Assembly (NCBI GenBank): GCA_038087875.1
Contig: CM075977.1
Span: 30,442,001-30,506,000 of the forward strand
Reading direction: 5' to 3'
DNA from: Malacoraja senta
Lineage: Eukaryota
DNA length: 64,000 nt
Shown: piece by piece, positions 49,855-60,589 of the stretch
Layout of the letters: every line of letters starts with the position of its first letter
How positions within the stretch are numbered: the first letter of the stretch is position 1
Notes under the pieces: generated by a model
What the model was told of the DNA's origin: nothing
Database searches by the model: none
The model's input: the letters and a program-made list of their open reading frames with translations, nothing else
Position numbers and translations under genes: made by a program

Positions 49855-49869
49855 CACAGGATATCAGAT

Positions 49870-50500
49870 GGGCTAATTTGGGAGAACTTACAAATATGTC
49901 AACTACAAGAGATAAAAGGTTGATGAAGCACAGGGGGCTAAATCTGGACAAGTCCCCAGGTCCCAATGCACTGCACACTAGAGTTTTAAAAGAAGTAGTT
50001 GCAGAGATGGTGGACCCATTGGTTGAAATTTCCAATAAATTGGTAACTTCCAGGAGGTAAGCAGAAGAATGAAAACAGCCATGTAACTTCCTTCAATAAA
50101 GGAGAATGGCAGAAAGAAGGGTACTAGAGATCAGTTACTTGAACAGCTATTACTGACAAGATGTCAGCATCAATAATCAAATAAAAATAGTTAAACATTT
50201 AGGAAAGCTGAATATAATAAAGCTGAATATAATGAAGGGGAACCTACAGATGTTGTGATTTTAGATTTCCAAAGGCAACTGACTAGATGCCAAATAGGAA
50301 GTTGGTGTCTAAATTATCGGAGGAAGCATCTTAGAATGGACAAAAAACTGGTTGTTACAGAAAATGGTGAACAGGAAATAATAATCAGCTTTTGTTTGTG
50401 CAAAGAGGTGACTAGTGGAGTACCACAGGAATTAGTTGTTAACTTGTAATTTGTTACTGATTATATTAATGATTTTATGTTACTGATCTGGAGGATGGAA
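49870..50500 (+). mobile_element. Old degraded CR1 ORF2 fragment
   Basis: DKSPGPNALHTRVLKEV; LDFQR; VTSGVPQ. Confidence 0.65.
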
Positions 50501-50534
50501 TATTAGGGGGGAGGGAGAGGGGGAGACGGAGGGA

Positions 50535-50673
50535 NNNNNNNNNNNNNNNNNNNNNNNNNNNNNNNNNNNNNNNNNNNNNNNNNNNNNNNNNNNNNNNNNN
50601 NNNNNNNNNNNNNNNNNNNNNNNNNNNNNNNNNNNNNNNNNNNNNNNNNNNNNNNNNNNNNNNNNNNNNNNNN
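50535..50673. other. Assembly gap (139 N)
   Basis: Run of N. Confidence 1.
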
Positions 50674-53127
50674 CATCTTGAAAATATTGCTGTGTCCACG
50701 GGGACTCTGGAGGCCTTCCGTCAATGCTGGTCGCCGCGGGGAGGCGAGAGCATTGTTAATATTGATTGCACCATTGTATTATAATGACTGCTTAATGTAT
50801 TGTAAACATTGAACGTTTATGTATGTTTGGTATGCTGTAATATGCAATTGCTGAATAAAGTCCTTGGAATGGAAAAAAAAGAGATGTTATGAAAACCACA
50901 CAGAAAGAGAATGCAAATTTCATGCTTTTATACAGTTTATGTACTGAAACTTCTAAATTAGGTTGTGTATGTTGACATCTTTGCATTGCAGCCAAGTAAC
51001 TTGTGGCTGTAATGATTAGTGATAGAGGAAAGTTAAGTTGTCACTGAATGGAGACTTTAAGTTGGCTTCACTGGGATCACAATTAGATGGCTAGGTGTGA
51101 AACAGCTTATTCAGTAAGCAACTACCTTGGTGATTACATTCTTTCCAGCAGTGCCTCGTCCTCCTCTTATTTCTCCCTCTCTTCCTCAGCTACACTCAGG
51201 ACTGTACCATAAAGATGGTGGAGTGATGCTGCATGCATGGTATGGAGACCTTCACAAGACAGACACCATACACATCTGTCACAGTACAGCAGGGCATGCC
51301 GAGAAGTGCCAAAGTTGTGTCAAATCGAGCCAAGTCATGTTTATTGTCATCTGCACAAGTATGAGGAGGTACAGGTGCAGAACCTCAGTGGTATTATTAC
51401 TTTAGCACACCCAGGTGAAGCTCTACCACATTACATTTGGCAATATGCCTTTAACTGGCTACAGCATACCCAGTTTGGGTTTGGGTTTGGACCACAGCCT
51501 TGCCAAAGGATAGCCTTCCTCAACCCAATGACCACACTTTGGTTTGCTGATGCGACATGGTGAACTATCCTCTCGTGGATATATCACGACTGTAACAGGA
51601 TTCTGTATGCTGACTTTGACGGACTAGTTTCATCTTTATCATGTTATTCGCACGTATTATCGGTATCCTTTGAGACATTTAGAGTCTACAGCAATGCTGT
51701 CAATTGGCTGCATACTGAGGTTTAATGCCATGCGATGGTCTAGCATTCCCAAACTACTGTCACCATAAATCTACCCACCTAATATGGCTGAATAGTCTCT
51801 TGTGCCTCTGGGTTGATCACCCTGGGATATTAGCGGTAGACTGTAACCCATCATCAGCATGACATGGAACAATGGGTTAATATTCAAGCACAAAGCAGGA
51901 AGCCTTTATCCACTATTACCATCAGGACCAAGAGTTGGGATTGGCTCTTGAATTCAACTTGTCTTTACTGGGAATAAAAGTTTGTTGTGCTGTAAATGGA
52001 ATATTAATCTGTACTTAACCATATACTTATATTGTTAAGTGGAGGTGTATAAAGAGAACATGTCCAAGCCATGAAACATGGAAGTTAGAGCATAACTGGG
52101 CAGACTTGATATAAACTGTTCTGGCCATGAATGAGTTATGTAGTTTCATGAATGAAATATGAATCATATTTCATAGTTGGCTCATAATATTATTTTATGG
52201 CATAGCTAGAAGCCCTTCAGCACCAAGCAATTTTTATGGATATATACATTACCAGTGGAGGAATATTCTGCCTATCCATCTTTGTCATTTTTATGTTGTT
52301 GTTTTTCTCTGTACTTTCCCTTCCGGTCTTTCTCGGTGCCATCTTCCATTGCAGTTGTTCCTTCAGTCAGTTCAAGAGGGTGACAAATTGGACATCTGAG
52401 GAAATGGCTGGAATGCATTCAATGTAAATACAGTTAGTTAATTCTTGTCTGAATCTGCTGCCGCTCTAAATCATGAGAGCAAATTTATCACTGTACACTT
52501 GTATATTATTGCTAAATCCTTGACAACTCAAGTGTTTATCCCTCACATATAGTCTCATCACATTCCATCATACACCTCATTGTCGCTTCTACATTCCTCA
52601 GACTTTAAGCTTTCAATAGCCTCTGTGAGCCATATTGCTTTCCTTATATATCCATATTCTCCGCCAGCATGCCTCTCATTTCCTTTCTACCGTCATCTTC
52701 CCCTTTTCCATTGTCTTTGATTAACTTCCTCCCTCCAACTCCCATCTTTCCTACTTTGCTGCCTCTTTATCCTTTACCTTGTGTCCAAGTTCCTATATCT
52801 TTCCATTTTCTTCCAAACAATTTTACAATCATCTTCACTCTACAAAACGTTCAAGACTCTGCACAGAGTCTGCAAGAAATGTATACATATTAAAGTCATT
52901 TTATATGTCGGCTTGCAATATTAAAATATTGCTCCACACCTCGATGATGCAAATGTTCTGAGTTCAAATCCCAATGCATAAAGTCTGGATTGATACATCA
53001 GTTCAGTAATGAGGGAGTTATCAGTCATGCATGATGCTTCTTCTGGCTTATCAAATGATGTGGGAGGCAGTCCAAGTTCCAAGCAAGCAAGAAAGATGTA
53101 TCAAAAGAACCCAAAGAGAAAAGGTAA

Positions 53128-53898
53128 AGGGCCTGTCCCACTTAGGCGACTTTTTATGCGGGTGCAGTAGACTCTGTGCTCGCCTCATGATCGCCACATG
53201 TTCGCTGGTGGTCTCTGGTGAGTCTCCTTCATAGTTGCGAGGAGTTCCCGCATTCTGGGAACTAGTCACGGCCTCAGTATGGTCGCCGCAAATTTTTCAA
53301 CATGTTGAAAATGTTTCTGTGACCAAAAATTGGCCGCCACGTAGAAAATTGATAATCCTGTAGTCGTAGGTGCAGTTGTAGTGGTGTCGCCATGTGGTTA
53401 TGGGTAGTCGAGGTAGTGTAGGTAGTTTTAGTTAATCGCCTTTGCTGACCGGGCATTTTCATTGGCTCATTGGGGGAAAAAAACGTAAGCACGAGTTTTC
53501 AGAACCAAGGACAACCGACTGATAATGCTAAATGTTTGTCAAACTTCACAGCTGTGTATCTCTGGCTTATTAAAAGTTATCTGGCTTCTTAAAAGTGTCT
53601 CCACTCCTTCTCCCCCCCTCCCCCCCCTCCCCCCCCTCCTCTTTTAAAGGACTTACCGTACACTGTGCTTGCCGTCTTAACCTTCCTGTTCATCGTGGTG
53701 TGTGTCTGTATTACCTTGGCTTTGCACCGTGTGAATTTCAGACAGCGCTCCCCCGCGTTCCCTGACCCCCGCCTTTGCGATGTGTGTGTGTGCGCTCCAC
53801 TCTGACAGTTGCGTTCCAGTTCCCGGTTTTCAGGCGAGTGCCACGAACTTGACATTCGCCGGCAGTCCGCTGAAACATCACCTAAGTGGGACAACCCT
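53128..53898. mobile_element. PIF/Harbinger-type MITE
   Basis: AGGGCCTGTCCCACTTAGGCGA...TCACCTAAGTGGGACAACCCT; TSD TAA (53125-53127 / 53899-53901). Confidence 0.85.
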
Positions 53899-55424
53899 TA
53901 AGAGTTGATATCATATATGCTTAGTATATAAACAATAGTACAGACGAAAATAGTAGAGAGAGGGAGGTTCCACACCTTATGTCACCTAGATTTTTTTTAA
54001 AGGATTGTATACTTCAATCTCAGAGTTGGGCTCAATAAAAATAGCATGACAGATTATATAATAAAGAGTTGCGTGGAAAATAAAACTAAAACCAAGGGAA
54101 ATTTTGAAAATGTTTGATATTCTGCAGATCATGCTCTTTGGCTCCTACTCAATATTTCTGGGTTTAATATGGTTGGATTGCTGATGACGTTGTTAAAAAG
54201 AGATGAGAGGAGATGCTATGACTTGGTGTTGAGCAGGTCCCAGGCAATTTACCACAGGGAATAAAGCAACTACAGTTCAAATTGAATGATTGCTGTAGCA
54301 CTCTGGGTTAATTAGCAACCACATCCGAGGATGGTAATAGAATATTTTCCCAATTACTGGCTTAGAAACTCCTCCAAGCAAGTTTATTTTTATAATGTCA
54401 TCAATGCTACTAGAACAGAAATGCTCAGATATTTAAAAAATGTGATTCGCAATTTAATCATTAACCATATTAAAGAGGGGGAAGTCATCATCCATAACCC
54501 TCACGTTTCTGTCAGCCTCCTGCCCCTGAAATATAAGCCACTTAGTTACCAGTCAATTACCCGTGATGAAAAGTTATTGTTTAGAAACTGATTTGGTTCT
54601 GTTAAGAGTCTTATCATGTCAAGCGCCATGGTGCAGCAAGAGTGCTCCAGATTCAATCTTGACCACAGATGCTGTCAGTGTGGTCTGCGTGATGTCCATT
54701 AACAAATGAGCTTTCTCCCATTGCTTTGGTGTCAACCTGCATCCCAAAGATGGGTTGAGAGATTAAGTTGCAGAGATGTAGGGAAATAAACAGAGGGGGA
54801 ATAGGAATGAAGGGATTGTTCCCCTCAGAAGCAGGATGGATACAATCATCTGAATGCCATCCTGTTTCGATGGAAGTATATCAATATATCTCTCTCTTTC
54901 TCTCTCCCTTTCATATACTTCCCAATTTAAATAATTAGTTTATATCAATCCTATTAATCCCACAAAGAAATTGTGAGTCTTCTCATCACTCACTATATGA
55001 AATCAGTTGCTCACCTTCAAGAGCTACCAACTCCAGCTGCAAGTCTTCCAAGAAGTACCAGGCCCACCCATCTCATCCCTTCACTCCAAACCTAATGGTG
55101 CCCAGTCCATGTCCCTTGAGCCTTACAAATTAATAGCTCCGAAGTCAGAGCATTTTCCTTCGGACCTACTCCCTGGAATTCCTTCTAAACTTTCTTCCTT
55201 TAAGTATGTCCAAACCTTATGTTGAAAAGTCTTTGGATGCCCGCCACCCTGGCCTTTCCTTTTTCTTTCTTCCATCTTCTGGGATAAGTTACAGGAGCTT
55301 GCAAACCTGAATGTCCAGACTCATGAACAACTTCTTCCCCACTGTTAACAGACTTAAACCAAGCATCTCTTTCACAACCCCTTCCCAGAGGTGCTGTCAT
55401 CTACTCTTTACTTAGGGAAATATA

Positions 55425-55620
55425 ATTCTTTAGGAAATGGGGGTTCCTCTCTTCCATTATAGATGAGGCACTCACTAGGGTCTCCTCGATATCCCACTGT
55501 GTCCCTCTTGCTCCCCTTCCCCCCCATTCGTAACAAGGACAGAGTACCCCTTGTCCTCACCTTCCACCCCATCAGCCGTTGTTGCATACAGCATATACTC
55601 CTCCAATATTTTCACCACGT
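55425..55620 (+). mobile_element. Penelope-like RT-to-EN linker fragment
   Basis: RNKDRVPLVLTFHPIS..IQHILLQYFHH. Confidence 0.65.
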
Positions 55621-56554
55621 AGAACAAGCAATTGCATTATGCTCTGGCTATTTGACAATAAACTAATCCAGTCAGTTAGACCAATATCCTATTATAAGTC
55701 TCAACTTTAATGACAATTTAGCTGAGAGGAATCTTGAAATATTTCAGTTTGTTGGAGAGCCTATCTCTCACCTTGAGCACACTTTCCCACTATTCCCTCC
55801 AAATTCAAGATCAACTTCTTCCCATTAATCATCCTAAATTCATCCTAACTAAGCCCCCAACTCAGCATCGAGGTCCTATGAACTTTGTATAAGGTTACAT
55901 TTTGCACTTTGGCTTGCACTTTTTGTCATGTAGTATAATTGAAAACGTCGCATAATTGAAAGAATTTAATTGGTTTGGTCCTGGTGCATATGATATTTTT
56001 GATAATCTCTCTCTATCCTTCCTCAGGATCCATACATCTCCATCATTCTCAAGCTCCCATTTCCTGATCAATCCCCACAATTCACCCAGTTCACGAAGAG
56101 TACCTAACCCCCAGCATCTAACCACGAGCTGTCCAACCATCCTCGTTTAAGGTCCTCCGCAATTGGCAATAGTTTCCTCACCAGCAGTTACAATGGGAGA
56201 TGTCAGAGGACCATGGAATGCTCTGAGATCTTTGAGCTGAGGCATCTCTGCACTGACAGCTTATAGTAAAGGAAAGCAATGTTCTCAAGAGCAGCTGGTC
56301 GGAGATGTACACATTGGGAGAGATTCACAGACACTCTGAGAAGGTGGGCATCCCTCTATCCCCATGCTGCTTCCTGACAGAATGCCCAGAAGGCAGGATG
56401 GTTCAAGGCCAGAAAACACGATTGGCTTAATGTCTTTGGCAGGAAGGAAAAACATGCTGTTAAGATTGTCAAAAGCTGCAGCTTGTTAAAGGCCAAGCTA
56501 AAAACTGGAAAGTGAAATTCAAACTGACGAGGCCTCATCATTTCAAAATAGAGA

Positions 56555-57260
56555 TGCATTTAATAGTATCTTTCATGACTTCAAGTGTTCCCGAAATGCT
56601 TTGCAGCCAATTAAATACTTTTGAACTGTAGCCATGTTTCCAATGCAGGAAACAGGATGACCAATTTCTGTACAATATGTTCCCTCAAATAATCCAGTGA
56701 CATTGGCCAGGTAGGCAGTTTCTTTAATTAATTGGTTAAGGCATAAATATTAACCAGGCCACATTGAGAACTCGCCAGCTCTTCCTCAGGTTATTCACTG
56801 GATCTTTAACTTTCATCTGTGTCTCATTTTAAAGTCTCCTCTCGCAGACAACACCTCCAACACAGCTACGGTCACTCAGTGTGTAGGAAGGAACTGCAGA
56901 TGCTAGTTTAAACCGAAGATGCACAAACAGTCATGCATAGAGGATGCCTCCTCTTCTCCTTGAACCCCACCCCTATATTGTAGAAGCAGTTTCTGAATTG
57001 TCTCCTTAGAACCAGTTCTCCTCTAGGTCCAGTACATGTGCATATTAGTATTAAACCAAAGAAAGACACAAAACACAGAACCACAAAATGCTGGAGTAAC
57101 TCAGCGGGACAGGCAGCATTTCTGGAGAGAAGGAATGTGTAATGTTTCGGGTCGAGACCCTTCTTCAGACTCCAGCATTTTGTGTCTATCAACATTCACT
57201 CAGGGCTGGTGGAGCTCAGATTTTTGCATTCAAGTCTCTGGGAAAGCTCTGCAACTAACA
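56555..57260 (-). mobile_element. Ancient DeuSINE (SacSINE1/AmnSINE1-like), split by a PLE-tail insertion (about 56880-57196)
   Basis: Reverse complement resembles the Deu domain and tail as I recall them (AAGATCC...GAAGAGC..GAGTTCTC..GGCCTGGTTAATATTTAT...TTGGCTGCAAAGCATTTCGGGA); CACTCAG on both sides of the insert. Confidence 0.6.
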
Positions 57261-57373
57261 GGTTCTTGAATTGACCTTCACAACCCTAATCCTACCTTAG
57301 CAGTGGAACACCATCATGGACTTGTTTTCTAATTGTGTATTTTTGCACTATTGTCTTTAAAAAAAAAAATACA

Positions 57374-58212
57374 GAGATTCCCTTATTGTCATTCAGACCT
57401 TTCGGTCTGAACGAAATTATGTTGCCTGCAGTCATACAGAACCAATAATAACAAAACATACAATAAACACAAATTAAACATCCACCACAGTGAGTTCACC
57501 AAGCACATCCTCACTGTGATGGAGGCAAAGTCTTAGTCTCCGTCTCTTCCCTCCTTGTTCTCCCTCTGTGCTGAGGCGATTGATCCAGGCCGAAGATGCC
57601 GCCCTCCAGTCCAGCGGACCTCCGTGGTGAGGTCGCCGCCGCCGAAAGCCGGAACGCCATCTCCGCTCCGAGATGGCCCACCACAGCAACAGCTCCGGGC
57701 CGCCGCCCCAGCTCCAGGCCGCTGCCCCAGCTCCGGGTCCCACAGTCACCGCTCCAGGACGCTGCCCCAGCTCCGGGCCCCGCAGCCTCCGCTCCAGGCC
57801 GCTGCCCCAGCCCCGGGACCCGCAGTCTCCGCTGTATCAGCTCCAGGCCGCCGCCGAAAGCCAGAACGCCGCACCAGCAAGTCGGGCCACCGCCGCCTCA
57901 GCCCCGAAGATGGCCAGCCTCTCGTTGGTAAGTCCTGGCTGGCTCTGCCTCCGTAGCCTCGGGGTCGGTCGCAGGTTGGAGGCCGCCAGCCCCGCCATTA
58001 GGCCTCAGCGCAGACGGAGGCAGAGTAGGGGGATACGCCACGAAAAAGTCGCATTCCCCCGAAGGAAGAGACAGAGAACATGTTTCACCCCCCCTAACAC
58101 AACCCAACAAACTAAAACTTAACCAAAACAAGACAAACAAAAACAACAGAAAAAAAGTAAAAACAGACGGACTGCAGGCGAGCCGCAGCTGTTAACAGCG
58201 CCGCCACTTCCG
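57374..58212 (-). mobile_element. Non-autonomous GC-rich retroelement with Rex1-type tail (copy 2)
   Basis: Same 5' start CGGAAGTGGC and same 3' region as 37489-38303; expanded internal GC-rich repeats. Confidence 0.8.
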
Positions 58213-60214
58213 CCACTTTTCACTTTCTTGTCATTTATGTGTATATTTATGTATGATTTATGTTTTTGTGTGTTGTCTGATTTTATGTGCCTGTGAAACT
58301 GTTGCAAGCAACATTTTCATCATAACTGTACCCCGCTGTGCTTATGCATATGACAATAAACTCAATTTGAGTTGACTTGAGATTTCAACCAACAACCCAT
58401 AAAATTTCCCATGGCTCCTGTAGAAGCCACAATTAGTATAAATGAGGATCAATACTAGCTGCCAGCTGGACATTTGAGCATTATACATGAATGCAATTGA
58501 AGTCTGTGAATTATCCACCATTTTGGCACCTTCACTTGCTTTTTTACCATAGTACAGTTTTTCTCTTTCAATATTTGGATCTGAAAATTTGCATTGAAAA
58601 ACTATTTTCTTCATTCACTGGCATTCACATGAATTGTGCTTATTGTTAAGGAATTTGGTTAAACAGGTGGTCGCTACATCTCATCACCCCGGCATTCTAT
58701 GGAGGAAACATTCTTAGGCCTAAAATACCGACTAACAAGAAATTTCCTCAGAGCTTTTCCTACACCAGAAGATCGTGTACACATGCCCCAGATACAACCA
58801 TTCCATGACACAATTAATTGGATCCCCAAGGTATTGGGAAAATACTGCAAATAAAAGTGTTGCAGAGCATCACGTCTAAAGCCAGAACCTTTTGAAATAT
58901 CCATCACGTTATTAATTTATAAGCACATCCATTGTCCCTCCCCCTCCACCAAGGCGAGCAAGAACTTGAAAATTCTAGGTCCAAATACAGAATGTCTTCT
59001 CTTATAGAATCAATATCAACAGAAGAACGGAGTATCAGAGCAGAAATGCTGGTGCGCCTATCATTCCACAGGTTAATTTTGTTGTTAAACTAGTAATTAT
59101 ATTTTGCCCTTTAGGTCCTTCGCTTCCGAGACAGAAGGTCAAAAGCATATGATTAAACCAATAGTTCAGTGCAGGACCGAGAGAATGCAGCAAATGCAAT
59201 TGTGAAAGCAAACCATCTCCTCAAATGGGTGTAAACATACTATGGCATAGAGTGGCACACAGTAAGCCATTTCTTGTAGGTCCAATGATAGCAGGGGAAT
59301 TCTCCCAGTAACCGGTCCCATCCCCAACTCACATTGATTAATGGTCATTTACCTCATTGCTCTTTCCCTGCATTGCAGAGCCTACATATCAAAGATAGTG
59401 CATTGGAACTGAAGCTGGGCTCTGGGCATTGACACTGGGTTTGAATGACCAGTTGAATACATGCCAAAGCAAAATACCATGTTCCCAGAAATCTAAAGCT
59501 AAATCATTAAATACTGATCTAATACTTTATCCCCGTTTCTCTCTTCACCATGCATTGTTGGCTTGCTGAGTGTTTCCAACATTAGCTGCGTCCCTGTAAT
59601 TGAAGATTCTTTATCCCGCATTCAAGTGGACACATAATCATATGTACAAATTAGGCTGAATCTGTGATGAATTACTTCAAGTTGGTCTGATTTGTCTCAT
59701 TTCTGGGTCTCATATTCATTTTTGTAAAACCAACAATGACTAAGCTTCTGTCAGTTTTGTTCCTTTAAAATTTCATTGAATTTGATCACACCAAAAAAAA
59801 CCATGTTCATGACTTTTTATTTGTCAATCCTACTCTGGAAAATATTTCTGTTTTGTTTCCCATGTAATGAATATCATTTTGTTGGATGTGATAAAGAATG
59901 AAAATAACAGCAAAATATAAAGCATTCAACAGAATCTATTTACCACGTATAAAGTCTTTTTCCTTACAAGCAATTTAAATAATACCTAATAAACAAAATA
60001 CAGAGAATAGAAAATGTATTTTGCTCGTGTTTAAATTGTAAATTCACATTATCATACTTTAGTAGGTTATCTTGATTAAATGTATTATATGTTCCATTGT
60101 AGGACTTGAGCAAATTGTCATTTAGGGTTCACTATCCTTTCAAGGTACTGACTACACTTTGGATAAAACATAGAAGCTGTGGTGCTGTGTGCCAAATCGG
60201 ATTGCATGGCTGTA

Positions 60215-60533
60215 AAGTCATGGAGACAAACAACACAGACCACTTAATGTGCGCCAATCACCCATTTACATTAATCCTGCATTAATTTCTTTTCGAAAAT
60301 CATCCCCACAATCTCATTCAACTTTTCCATGATTCTACAGCTCACCTACAGCATAGATAGGGATAGTTTGCAGTGAACAATTATCCTTTAGTCCACGTCT
60401 TTGGGATGTGATGGAAACCAACACAGTCACAAGGGGATTATGTAAACTCCACACAGACAGCACCAGGGGTCAGGATTGAACCTGGGCATCCAGTGCTATG
60501 AGCCAGTGGTTCTATTGGCTGCACTACTATGCC
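60215..60533 (-). mobile_element. V-SINE, diverged
   Basis: Reverse complement has B-box AGGTTCAATCC and GTGTGGAGTTTACAT. Confidence 0.65.
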
Positions 60534-60589
60534 GAGTCAAACAACTCCAATTTAGTTTGGATCAATATTCCTTTCTTAGTCACTATTAC

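Noticed and set aside
51440-51560. Possible Harbinger transposase remnant (minus-strand EEGYPL resembling GDxGYP)
   Set aside because: A single short motif with no other catalytic blocks recognisable.
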